A stretch of DNA of 64,000 nucleotides from Pelomyxa schiedti (GCA_020536535.1 JAHLWZ010000844.1:16251-80250); one strand, 5' to 3'; shown: positions 29,537 to 42,073, counted from the first letter of the stretch. Program-made: numbers and translations. Notes: generated from the letters alone by a model not told the origin.

Positions 29537-32500
29537 TTACAGCAGACAGGATTTTACAAGGTGGTCTAGGACAGCAGTGATGGCCGGAAAGGCTGGCAGC
29601 TATGTGAGAAGAAATCAGAGAAAGGAAAGCAAACGCACGAGGTCGTCTTGTGGGATCGTGATCCCAACAGTCGACAATCAACTCGGCATATTCAGGTGGT
29701 GCTGTTTCTGGGATTTCTTCTCTCTTTCCAGAAACAACAAAGGAATCTATATTCCCCAGGTGAGCCAAATAAAAGGGGGGGTTGGAGTTTCTCACAAAAG
29801 TCCTTCATTGTTCTGTAAGGGAGCATTTCAGTGAGGATTTGCCATAGCATAATACCGTAGCTAAACACGTCCGTTTCAACACCGTAATCATTGGCTCCAG
29901 ATAAAACCTCTGTGTAGTGTGAGTTGAGAATACAAGAACGTAGTTAAATTTAGGTATCTACCTGGCGCCATATCTGTTTTCGTTTCAATGATGTAGGGAG
30001 GAGGAAATGCATGGAAGGGTCAGAAATAGGCAACAAATTTCTTCAATACATATTGGGGTGCCAATTAGAGCTGTCATCTGCTGCGCTGATGAAGCTGTCA
30101 GTGCTGGGGAGGCTGAAGTCATTCCTCTTGAACTGACAGTCCGTGATGTGCCAAAATCGGAAACCTGGAAATATGTGTAACAAAAAAAAGGGGAAAGGGG
30201 GCATATCACCTTACAGGTCACATCCGCATGTTTACTGATTGACACCATAAGAACTTAAAAAATATTGATCAGACGAAAAATCACGGAAAGTAAAAGTAAA
30301 CAGGATGATGTATACTATTATCTGGCTGGATGAGAAAGTATGTTGATGAGTTAAGCGGGTATATGAAGGAAGGAGCGAGTACCTTCAAGTCTCTATGCAC
30401 CATGTTGTTTGCATGCTTTTTATTTTTGAGATTAATTGTCTCAGACAAGAATTGGATGATACCAAAAAAGACATTGCTGTTGTGGTACGAGTGTAGTGTG
30501 AAAGTCTTGTTAAAATCGGACAAAGCTTATGGAGAAGAAAGGATTCTGACCTAGTGCTATATCCTTGGCAATCTTCAGTTTGATGATCCAGGGCAGGTCT
30601 TTGTTTTTCTATTATTATGAATTTGATACAAATGAAGGAACAGTAAGCTTCCAGATGAAGGGAAGTGAAGAGACATTTAGAAAAGATGACAAATTTCCCA
30701 GTGCCATGTACTCCTTTTTTGAGAAAAAAAAGATTGGGTCAAAAAAGTAGTGGGAGGGTTTAGTGAGGGTGATAAGGCACACCGTTACAATGCACAACTG
30801 GAAAGAAAGTTAAGCAGAACACATAAATACAATTGAAAATGCAATATTTCAAAAGAAATGAAAGGGACCTTGGATAGAATCATTACACTACAAATTTGAA
30901 TGGGTGACAAATGAAAAGAAGAGGATAAACATACGCTCCTATGAAGTTGACAATGTGGGTGTGCCTCAGTTGTGTGAGAACTCTGACCTCTCTGAAATTA
31001 AAATTGCAGAGGGATTAATGAGAATACGAATTACACAATTTTAACCTTTTAAATTCAGTGAAGGAGGCCTCAGAGGGATTTTGGTTTTTGAGGAGTTTGA
31101 TTGCCACAGGTGTGTGACGCCAACTCCCCTTCCTTTACAGTATGAGATGATAGTTTAATTTCTATTATTTCTTGGTTTTGTGTGTCATGTGCATGAAGAG
31201 TGCATGCAAACCAAACCGATGCAAAACTTCCTTCTCCAATTTTTTCCTCAAAAAATAAATCCGTGTAATCAAGCTACTATTGTAAGACAAAATTTTACAT
31301 ATGTTGGGGCTTCATTTATCACCCAACTTCCCTGTTCCCTTCAAATTTTTGATGATATACTAAACAAACTTTGTTATAACTATTCACACCTGAGTTGAGA
31401 GCCACGTTGTCATTGTGAATTGGATAGAGTGGCAGAATGTTGCTTCAGAATCACTCAATGTCTTTCTGTAACTCATAAATCCAGTTTTGTGATCTGAATT
31501 GTGTGAGTGGGAGAGCTGAGTGTGGGAATGTGGCATTGTCACAGTGTGGCATCGTGGCAGTGCATTTGGGAAAAATGAGAAGGGAGAAGAGAACAAAAGA
31601 AAAGAACAACCGGCAGCAATCATTCCAAACTGTGCATCAATGGTTGTCGTGCAAAACACAGTCAACCTCACCTTGAACTCAACATCCTTTCCCTGTGTTG
31701 TGTGACATCTGACGTGAGACAAGGTATGATAGAAGACAAGGCGGAGAAAGTAGAAAGACAAAAGAAAAAAAACCTTGGGGATTGCAACTTGGAGTGGATC
31801 GATTTTCAAAGTGTAACGGTCATCAGAGGGAATGATAAACGAAACCAAAATTCCACTCCCGTTGTTTCTGACAACAAACGTGTCTGTCACTTCCTTTGGT
31901 TTTTGGTTGTGTATCAATTATTTTTTCTTGCCAGCTTCGAAAAAAGGAAAAAACGAACCTTATCGATATCAACAGGCTCACCACCAAAATCCAGCTTGGG
32001 TGGTGTTACCTGTAAAACGAGTGGGGGAAAGAATATTCCTTCAACAATCGGGAACATACAGTGAGATTTGGAGAAGGCAGAAGCAGTGGCAACGAAAATG
32101 GAGGTGGTGCAAGAACAGGGACAGCTTTTGGAGGTGACTTTGGTCTCAGTAATCGATCACCTTCACAGGCAACAGAAGCAATTGTTGGTATAATAATGGA
32201 TTTCCTTTCAGATATATATGCAAGAGACTTCCTGTCAAATCCTGCTCGTCTGTAACAGGGACACATTTGTTTCTATTAGTAGGTTTGTTGTTAGATGTGG
32301 TGCCACCAAGAATCACTACCAGCTTTCTTGAATGTGTATCTGCCGCAATCCAACTCATTGAACTGCCAAGTGGAACACTGTCCTCCAAGGCCACATCAAA
32401 CCCTGTTCCAACTCAGTCAAACTTAAAGAATTGGGATTTTCTTTGCCTGTGAGAGTTGATGCAATCTTTTTGGTTGGAATTCGCAACTGGAACCCACTGA

Positions 32501-35026
32501 GTGACCACATAGAAACGTGAGGAGGTGTGCGAAAGGGTGTGATGAAGTCAATGTGATGCTGACAGTTTTGAGCTGTGAATTTCCCACTTTGAAACATGTT
32601 TGAACTGTCCCCTATTTTTTGGAAGACATTCCAGACAAGCTCCAATGCCACAACTGTGCAAGGTGGTGACGCTGGAGAAAGGGGAAGAAGTTGCTTGCTG
32701 AGCTCCACCCTTTCACTCAGTGAGTTGGTTGTTGCCGTGGATTCGTCTTCTCCCTCCATTGAGCCTGACATAAACATCGATGTTCCTCCAGAGTAACTGT
32801 ACAATGTCAACAACAAAATGTAAGAGGTGAACGAGAGAGGGGGATATAGATTGTTTTTACGCACCTGGAAAGGGCATCTATCAACTTGATGTTCCCACTG
32901 GCCTTGGCCTTTGTAATGGGCGACTCCCCATTGTTGTTCTCAATGCCTTTTTGTTTGGAAACAGTTGTCAAATTGCCAAAAGGGAGAAAAAAAAAGGAGG
33001 CACACTAGGATTTGCCTCTGCAAAGATGAGAGAAGAAATGAAGTCCAAATGCAGGTTTGGAGCTGTGCATGCGATCATCAATGCCGTGTCTCCTGAGTCC
33101 GTTTGTGCATTCACATCAATTTTGGAGCACAACAGTGTGCGGAGAAGCTGTTAACAATTGTTGAGGTTGCTGGATAAAGTCTTCTTCAACTTACAGATGT
33201 TGAAAGGGAATCAGATTTGAAAGATTTTGCAAGAAAATGCAGTGCAGTTTGCTTTCTTCTTGTTTGGGGTAAAAGTTTGGCCCCCATTTTGATGAGTGCC
33301 TCTGCCACAGCGAAATGCCCTTCTGAGATTGCTGCCCTTTTTGTAATTACTTCTTTGAATGAGGGAAAAAAAAGATACTACAGCAATGGTGTCATGTCTT
33401 GGTTGTCCTGCAATATAAAGATTGTATGTATGATTTTAGACTCTTTTTGTGGGAAGAGGTATGTGCCTTGAGTTCCAGGCAAGGTCCCTTCTTCAGCAAC
33501 TCAGAGACAAGGTCAGAGTTCCCCGAATATGAAGCAACATGCAAAAGAGTTTTTCCGTCGTCTGCTCTTGCATTTATGGTTCCCTCCTGATTGACACATG
33601 AGGGACAAAATGAAAAAAAAAAAGGAAGGTTCGAGAGAGGGAGGAAACGAAAAAAAAAAGGATGGGGTGGTTGGAATTGGATGACTGGGGATGGAGATGA
33701 CACCTTGATGCTGGCCTCAACCTTTTCCACCAACTGCTTGTTCAACCCTCGTGGTGATGCTTGTATGATCCGGATGGCATCTTTCAGTGCTGGTGCCGTG
33801 ACAGGAGTGGCAAATGCAATCCAACACATCTCAGAATTCCCTTCGACCGCAGCTGTGAACCCTGGTTTTGAAATTGAGAGTGAGATTGGAGTGAAAGTGA
33901 TGGTGAGAATGGTGAGAATGGTGAGAGTGAGTGAGTGGGTGGGTGACGATGGACTCAAAGCCAACCAACCTGTTGAGGATGCGAGAATTTTTGAGGTGGG
34001 AACAGCACTGAACGGTGCTTCGTTTGAATACCCAAAGAGCCATGCAAGCACTTTTGGTGTGCTTGGAAACGGTTGTGTGAATGTCACTGACAACACTCCC
34101 CCTGATGATGTGTGTGCTCGTTGTTGACCACTGTGAAGCATTCCCGACAGCGCAGGAAAGCAGCCAAAAAGTTCTTCCACAGTTGCAATGCCAATCTTTA
34201 CAGTTGAACTACATCCATGATGAATGTTAGGTACCAGCCAAGAAGGCCAGGCAAACAAAAAAGGGAAAAGCCAAAAGGTTACAACTACACACTCCAAAAA
34301 TAGCTGCTGCCTGGATGCTGTTGAGCCTACACTTGCAATTGACGTCACTTCAGTTGGAGACAACGTGGCCGGCGGCCTGGAATTAAGATTTGAAACGGCC
34401 GGCACGTGCACCTTCGGGTGCGAGCATGCCAAGTCCGGCGACTGCGGCGGCGTCGACGCGCAGTCGGCCGACGAGCTCGTCATGGTAGCCGCCGCAGATG
34501 CGCACGACGACGACGACGAAGACGACGAAGACGAGGAGCCCGCCCACAACGACGAACCATTTTCCGCGCCGATTTGGTTTTGCTGCTGCTGCTGCTGCTG
34601 CTGTCGAGGTTCGGGCTGTGACTGGTATGAGGTGCTGGGGCTGCTTCTGGTGCAGGTTTTATCTGATAAGACTGAGGGCGGTGTTGGAGTGCCGGGTGTG
34701 GGCTGTGAGTCGTCAGAATCTCGCGACGTGGTGGCTGGTGTTTGCTTTTCCTTGTCTCTGTCTTTGTCGTGGTGCTTGTGCTTGTGCGACTGGTGTTTGG
34801 TGCCGGACGATTTGGCTTCGCCACCGCTGCTGCCTTTGTGCCTGTGTTTGCTCTTCTCGTGGCTGTTGGGTCGCTTTGTTCCACTTTCGGCCCGAACTCG
34901 GCCTTCCTCGTGTGGGGTGTGCGACTTGCTCACGGGCTCAGATTCACCCATTGGGGGCGTTGGTGGTTTGATGTCGATGTTATCTGGTGGCGAAGGAGTC
35001 CACTCCACCGTGTTGGTGGCCGCCAT
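29537..35026 (-). CDS. Multi-exon TKL kinase, copy C (lectin-ankyrin-lectin-Ig-kinase), tandem with copy B
   Basis: GKTLLHVASYSGN, KQTALHFLA, GDTALM, MFQSGKF..HHIDFITPFRTPPHV, IGEGSFASV, VAIK, HRDLK, SDFGTSR, LIVDCWDHDPTRRP. Ends VKSCLL*. Confidence 0.85.
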
Positions 35027-35179
35027 CACTGCTCGATCAAGACCAATCAGTGGTTACGTGAAGGTGTAAGCTTCGGTGATTTCCTTGGATCGAACCGATC
35101 CTGAGCTACGTAGAACGAAAATGACAGCGTTCCGGTCTGTTGATTATTTTATTCCAGCCAGTTGCCAAAAAAAAAAGCT

Positions 35180-36389
35180 TCAAACAGATTTGGATTCTGG
35201 GGTGTGTGTGGGCGTGCGATGTCGACTGAAATACACAACAACAAAAATGAGGCACACAAGTCCACCAACTACTAGATTCACAACGAGGGTGCCTCGGAAA
35301 GCCGGTCTGTTCTTGTGGAGTGTGTGGCGTCTGTGCTCGTTGATGTGCTGGTTTGTGAACGGCTGTCTACTGGGTTGCAAATCTTCATTGGTCTGGGCTG
35401 CTTGTTCTTGTTTGGTGTTGTTCGCGGGAGCATATCCTTGGGGGAATACTTCCGCTCTTGGTACATAATCGTCTGTTGGTGGGAATTCCATCTCAGTAAA
35501 CGCGGTCATGCTATCAAACTCAACAAGTGCTGTGTCTTCGACTTCAATAAAACATGCGTTCTCAACAATTTCTTGACCACGAGTACGCTTCAGACACAAA
35601 TTTCCCAATGCGAACTCAAGTTTGTGAAGGTCGTCGTATATGTTTATGGCTGGCATCTTGAACCAGTAGCCAAGACTCATGTGGAACACGTACTCTGTGA
35701 GGTATGAGACGAAAAAAGGGGAGTTAAAAAAAGGAAATGCAACCTGGATCGTATTGAATACCCGTTGTATTGGCAACAAACATCTGAAATTCGCGGACCA
35801 CATCCAGCACAGGGTCGGGGAGAGACAATACAACTGCAACCACGCTTGATCCAACAGCGAGGCCTTGTACAGATGGAACAACGTGTAATGGAGTCATTGA
35901 CAGTCTACTAGAAATAGAGTGAAGCTTTTGCCGAAATTCAGCAGAGTTGGAAAAAGAGAGCCATTCTTGTTCTGTCATGCTCAACTCCCATTGGGTGTAG
36001 AGGGGGAAGATCTTGAATTTAAGATAAAGTGTTAAGTTTCAGCCAAAAACTCTGAAGTATCTTCTTACAAGATGCACAAACCGTCATGTGATACGACGAA
36101 GGAGGTAATGGCGCAAGGAAGTACCTGCCGTACGTATGAGTTTTCGTTGCGCACTTTCAATGAATCAATCACGAATTAGAACCTACTTCAAACGAGAAGA
36201 CACTATAGCGTCATACAAAGGAGCCCAGTCATCAGGATTTGACAGCATCGACACAATCGTAACACCCAGAAGACGTTGGAATTTGCCGTTATCATCCAGT
36301 TTCCCACCCGGTAGCACGTACGCACCAGATCTTCCCATGCCCATGCACACACTCCACGCAGTAACAACCCAGATCCACCAGCACTTCAT
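35180..36389 (-). CDS. 2H-phosphoesterase, DUF1868-like, with signal peptide and C-terminal TM helix, 4 exons
   Basis: GKLDDNGKFQRLLGVTIVSML. Small exon 36082-36124 encodes YFLAPLPPSSYHMT (HxT motif 1). EYVFHMSLGY is HxS motif 2, followed by VEFDSMTAF. TM helix LVVNLVVGGLVCLIFVVVYF. Confidence 0.8.
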
Positions 36390-36519
36390 CTGTTTGTGAT
36401 TTTTGAAATGAAAAGGACTTCCGTGTTTCATCGTTTTTGATGAAATGACAACGCAGCAGGGGATTAGTGTCACGCATATCGGAACAATGCTGTGAGATCA
36501 TTATTACCTTTAATCCTGG

Positions 36520-37673
36520 ATGGCGCAGTCGGGTGCACCTACGCCGACAACGTGGGCGGAGATCCAACAAGCGATAGACACTCTACGACAACAAAATGAC
36601 CGGTAACAGACGTGCCACACTGTTGAATGAGTTTTTCATTTTAACCGAGCGCAGGTTGTCAGAAGCTCAGCAAACTAACTACAAACTTATATTACAAACT
36701 CACGAGAATTTGAAACGAGTTAGTACATTGTAAATTCCTTGTTGTATCAATAAGTGAATGTTTTCAGGCATTGGAGATGCTTCAACTCTTACAAAGAGTG
36801 GTATGTGAGACTAAGACCAAAGATGTTGAACCCTCCACGAACGTACAAGTGACGCAGTCTTCTGTAACGCCCCCTTGCAGCACTGCTGTAACTAACGCGC
36901 CGGAACGTGCACACTCCACTAGTTCAATCAGCTCTACTCACACGACGTCAGGGAGTAGTTCCTTCTCTCCATCATGTGCGAAACTGCCCCAGCAACACTT
37001 CAGCCCTGCTCCTCGCTCCCCTATGTTTAATTTTTCACCACGGGGCATCCAAAACTCTTCTCTTCCCAGCCCAATTTCACCACAACAACAATTCCATGCA
37101 CGCTTATCAAAACCTGTGAATACCCTCATATCACCACCTCCGGCAAAGAAGCTTGCACTAGGGTCAACTAGTTTACCACGGCCACTCTTTGCCTACACAA
37201 ACAGAGAAAACGCTTTCTGCTCTCCTTCCTTGCATTCACGTGTCCTCCTTGCCAGTCAAAATGGGGATTTTTATAGTGATGAGCTTCAGAAACTGCTCTT
37301 CTCAATTAGGAGTCAGAAGGAATTCTTAGAGCTGAAGGTTTGCCCACTCGAATTGCCTCTCACTGAATTCCTTTCTAAGGTAGATTCCACCGAAATTTTA
37401 CTTCCCCTTGCCACACAATGGCTCAGTGACTGCAACAGTCCCGAGAAAATAAAATTCGCTACCGTCTTCCTACATGAAGTGGCAGCTAAGTACCCCAGTG
37501 TCTTCCAAAAGCCAGAAACCGCACACCTTACCTTAGCTGCCAGAGACCACATTGGTGCCCTCCTCCATGACCGTAACTCCCTGTGGGCTGAAGGCAGCAT
37601 TCCTCTCACCACCGAAGAACTCTCTGAACTAGCCAATTTCCTGGACCAGTGCTGTCTGTCCCTCCAGCCCTGA
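36520..37673 (+). CDS. Hypothetical protein: N-terminal coiled coil, S/P-rich linker, helical C-terminal domain
   Basis: MAQSGAPTPTTWAEIQQAIDTLRQQNDR|LSEAQQ...NLKR|ALEMLQ... spliced via GT-AG introns into ORF 36771-37673. Confidence 0.65.
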
Positions 37674-37727
37674 AAAAAAAACAAACACAAAACCCATTCA
37701 ATCGTCATCACCAAACTTTGCAACTTC

Positions 37728-38993
37728 ATGGCCTTGATACACTGCATAGGGGCGTTGGTGTTACTGCCCCTGGTCACCCTCGTAAGCCTTGTTACTGCAC
37801 TATGGCGCGGCTGCACAGCGGCCACACGCCGATTGCTTGGGAGGAAGACGAGCGCGACGGCGACGACGCCCATTGTTGTGGCCATCACTGGCGCTTCGAC
37901 TGGAATTGGTCATGGATTGGCTTTGCACTACGCTTCTCAGTGAGCTTTTGTTTTCTTCCAATTCACGTGGGTTTGGTGTTGGGTTTGGTTGGCATTGTGG
38001 AGTGGGTGGGTGGTTGTGTGTTACTATGACTGTGGAGAGTGGAATTTGATGTTTTGGTAATAGTTGCATCAAGGAGTGCCGCGCGTAAAGTGACCCTTCT
38101 TTTGATTGCAAGAAACACTGAGAAACTCAAGGATATAGCCACTAGATGTGAGGAAATGGGCGCTGTTGTGTTTACTGCTGTGTGTCTCTAAACTACGTAC
38201 ACCATCGGGATTCAGGATTCTTCTTAGGCCTTGGATGTTGCTCGGCGGAAGGAACTACACAACTACCTGCAAGATTTTGATTCCCGGTTCCCAATAGATA
38301 TTGTATTTGCCAACGCAGGCGTCAGTGCAGGTAACCTTCCCATTCCTCGATCCCGAATTGCTGAAGCGGTAAAGCCCAGGTAACATCTACGGGTGTCCAA
38401 AATGATGAGGATGTGTGGCAGCGCATTTTCCATACCAATGTAAACGGAGTTCTAAATACTGTTATGCCCCTCATTGACCGCATGAAATGCCGTAAAAATG
38501 GCGCCGGTGGGCATATTGTGTTGATATCGAGCTTATCTGGATTTGCACTTGGAGGTGGTTCTTATGCCCCGTACTCAACTAGCAAAGCAGCCTTGACTTG
38601 CATCGGCAAGGGTCTACAGCTACAAATGCGTAACACTCCGGTTAAAGTGGTTGTTGTATGCCCTGGATTCGTTGTCAGTGCAATGACAGGCACTATACGT
38701 CGTGGTGGGGTTTACCAATAACAATAACAAATAGATGCAATACCAGAAACTCCAATGCCGCAGAAGCTTACAACCAAAGAAGCAGTGAACCAAATTATTG
38801 CCGCAGTGGGTGATCCTCATTGTGCCACAAGGTATTAATACCTTTGGAAAATCGCACCATTCATGGCCCCCTTACTAGATTGCACCTCTTTCCTTGGCCA
38901 TTTGCGCTTCTCTCATTGTTTGGCCTTATTCCCTATGAGGAGTACTTCACCCTCTACTCTTTGCTGAAAACCTTTCGTAAGAAGTTGGCTTGA
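37728..38993 (+). CDS. Membrane-anchored short-chain dehydrogenase/reductase (SDR)
   Basis: N-terminal TM helix, TGASTGIG, FANAGVS, TNVNG, ISSLSG, YSTSK (YxxxK) and VCPGFV. Ends FRKKLA* (KKxx). Confidence 0.9.
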
Positions 38994-39104
38994 AGTCTAA
39001 AACACAAAAAATGCCAGAAGAAAGTTTTTTTTCCCTCCCTATTTTCTAGTCTTCCATCCTGACAACAAATGTACAAATTGTGGGGTTTTTTGGCCTTGGG
39101 TGCC

Positions 39105-40017
39105 TCAGAGTTGTTGCTTCACATTCACATTGCCAAACATTGGTCCAAGAGAAGCCAGAGACATCATCTGGGACTGAGGGGGCTGTGATTGTGGAGGCGG
39201 TGGTGCAATTGTGGGAATCACCTCCGGAGCTTCTTCTTTATCACCCCCAGGGGATGCTGCATTGGGGCACTTGTGACCACGTTTCAGTTGCAAGCACTGT
39301 GTGTATGTGAACAAATTATCGGGAATCAGTTAATAAGGGATGTTGAACTACCTTACTGCAGCGGTATAATCCTCTTGGCCGCTTTGCGGGGGGTCTCTCC
39401 ACAGGTTGCTCAGGGGAGCCTGTGGGTCTCATGCGGGGTGAGCCTGTGGCTCCCAGTCTGGGCACATTCATCATGGTAACGGGTGGGGGTGGAGCCATTT
39501 GCATTGAGGAGTTCATAAGGCCCATGGAGGGCATCATCATGCCGGTTAGACCCGGTGATTGCTGCAAAGTGGCCGGAGTGATGAACTGTTGCATGGGATA
39601 GCCGGGATACATAGGGTTCATTCCCATCATCATTGGGTTTGCTGCAGTTGCAGGAGGCGGGACTGCGGTTGTGGCCTGGGACATAGGCCGCAAGCGCTGT
39701 GGAGAAGGTATTGCAACAGGCATTGAAGTTGGCTGAGTAGCAAGAGTTGGGGTGGGATTCACAGTGGCGCCATACATAGGACCGCCGGTACCAACTCCTC
39801 CCATTTGCCTGGGATGGTGTGCCATGGGTGACATTGCCATGTGTTGTTGCTGTTGCTGTTGTTGCTGCTGATGGTACTTGGCCTGCTGATGTGCTTGTGC
39901 TTGTACCTGGGCGATGGCAGACGGAGTTGTAGATGTCAGTACAAATGGAGCTGTCATAGTAGTGGTTGCGGGAGGAGGTGGAGGAGTAGGAGAGTCAGAG
40001 TCGCTTGGGTCTTGCAG

Positions 40018-40048
<31 letters not shown>

Positions 40049-40676
40049 ATCTGCTGGGCTTGCAGCTGCATCTTTATGTGCTGTTGGTAGGCGGCTTGTT
40101 GTTGCTGGTACTGCATTTGCATGTACGCCTTGTCCGCAGGCATTGGCACTTGTTGGGCATGGGGCATCTGCCTTTGCTGTAATTGTTGCTGTTGTAATTG
40201 TTGCTGCTGAAGTTGCTGTTGGCGTTGCTGAGGTAGCATTGCCGTGGGCTGCACAGGCATCATGACTTGCTGTGGCTGCTGAATTGGTTGCCCCTGTGGC
40301 ATCATCTGCCTCATTTGCATTGCTTGCTGCTGTTGTTGTTGCTGCTGCTGCTGTTGTTGTTGTTGGGCCTGGGCCTGGGCCTGGGCCTGGGCCTGGGCTT
40401 GGGCTTGGGCTTGGGCTTGGGCCTGGACCTGGCCTTGTTGCACTGTTTGCATTTGTGACTGTGCTTGAACTTGTGCCGGCAGCATCTGTCTGGCCACCCC
40501 CTGTGGTTGAGCTAATTGCTGCTGTGGTGGTGCTTGTTGTATTATTGGCTGCTGTTGTTGTGGTGGAGGTTGTGGTTGTAACTGCTGTGGTTGGATGTGC
40601 TGAGGTTGAGCTGGTGGTTGTTGTTGTGGTGGTTGTGCAGTCTTTGGCGACGGAACTTCTTGTTGCCGTGGTGGGA

Positions 40677-40714
<38 letters not shown>

Positions 40715-41795
40715 ATTTGCTGCTGCTGGGCCTGTGGTTGCTGAGGCTGGGCAGGAGAACGAGGGGGTTGGTCCTTGGGACTGGGAACGGGGTTGGGAGT
40801 GGCAGAAGGAGAATGGGAGGGAGCGATATTGGGATTGGGGGTGGAATTGGGAGCAGGGGCGGGGGCGGGGGCGGGGGCGGGGGGCTCCGCGGCGGCTACG
40901 GCGACGGGGATGGGCACTGGAACGGGTAACTCAAGTGGGTGGGGCTGAGAAAGCAGTTGGGGCTCACTTGACTCCTGTTCTCCGCCTTGGTCATCCGGCT
41001 CATGTTCCTGCTGGTTTTCATGGTTCTCATTCTCTTGCTTGTGTTCATCCCCATTTGCGGCTGTAGTGGCATTCACATTCGCATTTGAAGTTGCATTTGC
41101 ATTTTCATTTGAATTTGCAGTTTCGTTTTCGTTTTCGCTTGCAGTTGCATTAACGTTCGCATTCACGGGTCCCTCCTGTTCACGAGCTTCTCCTTGGTCT
41201 TGGTAGTTTTCTTGGCGTTGTTGGTTTTGCTGTTGTTGTTGCTGTTGTTGTTGTTGTTGTTGTTGTTGGTGTAATTGCTGTTGGATCAGATACTGTTGCA
41301 TCTGATGTTGTCGTTGGAGTTGGGCCTGAGCCTGTTGCATCTGGTACTGTTGTTGTTGCTGTTGGCGCTGCAGTTGCATTTGCATTTGCATTTGCATTTG
41401 GTACTGGGGGTCTGCAACTTGCTCGCGGCCTTCGTCCTCCGACTCGTCGCCCTCGTCCTCCCCGCCGCTCTGCCCGCCCTCGGGGTCGCTGCCCCCACTT
41501 TCGTCGTCGTCATCCTCCTCGGTTGGGGGTGTGTTTGTGATATCAGGCTTTTGTTGCTGTTGCTGCTGCTGGTCAGCGTCGTAGCGCTGCCGTGTGTTGC
41601 TCGAAGTGGCCTGTGGTGCAACATAGGTGGGTTAGTGGGCGGTTTTACGGCATGGGTGGGCAGGGGAAAAAAGAGGGGATGGGTGGGGTGGCAAAAAATG
41701 GTATTGGGAGCGAACAGATGCGAAAAAAGCAAGCGAAAGGCACGAAAAAAACAAAATAAAATATGTAAAAAAAGGTGTCGGCACGTGCGGACCAT
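39105..41795 (-). CDS. Gln/Pro-rich low-complexity protein with a C-terminal C-x2-C-x6-H-x-C zinc knuckle
   Basis: 693-aa polyQ ORF, open upstream to an acceptor at ~41612. Probable ATG-only first coding exon at 41793-41795. Spliced PPAKRPRGLYRCSK|CLQLKRGHKC. Confidence 0.7.
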
Positions 41796-42073
41796 TTTAA
41801 ACAGTTTGGTTTTTTAAAATTTTTAATTTTTTGTTTTTGTTTTTTAATTCTCCGTTGGTAATTATGTGTTCCTGATTGGAGGAAAGACAGGGGCACCCAA
41901 GGCCCCATCGTCCAAGGCACCCCCGTACCACTCCCCTGAGGTGGCTTCCCCAGTCTCAAGCCATTCTCTACCACCAATTTTCGTTTTCTCCGATCTGCTG
42001 GTTGGAACGGCGAAAATCCTCCGCTGAACTTTCGTTGTTTTGGGCCCTTGTTTCTTGTTTTCTTCATTTGGAG

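Noticed and set aside
34220-34300. Hydrophobic stretch (VVVTFWLFPFLFAWPSWLV) suggesting a TM helix in kinase C
   Set aside because: It falls in a GT-started pyrimidine-rich segment at the position where copy B has an intron, so it is most likely a read-through intron. cDNA is needed to confirm.
23777-35026. Kinase copies as pseudogenes or transposon-borne repeats
   Set aside because: The fragmentation is explained by introns, the catalytic motifs are intact, and no transposase, RT, TIR or LTR is visible.
37300-37673. Resemblance of the helical C-terminus to the EDC4 C-terminal domain
   Set aside because: Similarity is too weak to call by eye, and there is no WD40 region.
39841-41817. Plus-strand poly-Leu/Val/Ala ORFs that look like membrane proteins
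   Set aside because: Antisense translations of CAG/CAA repeats in the polyQ gene.
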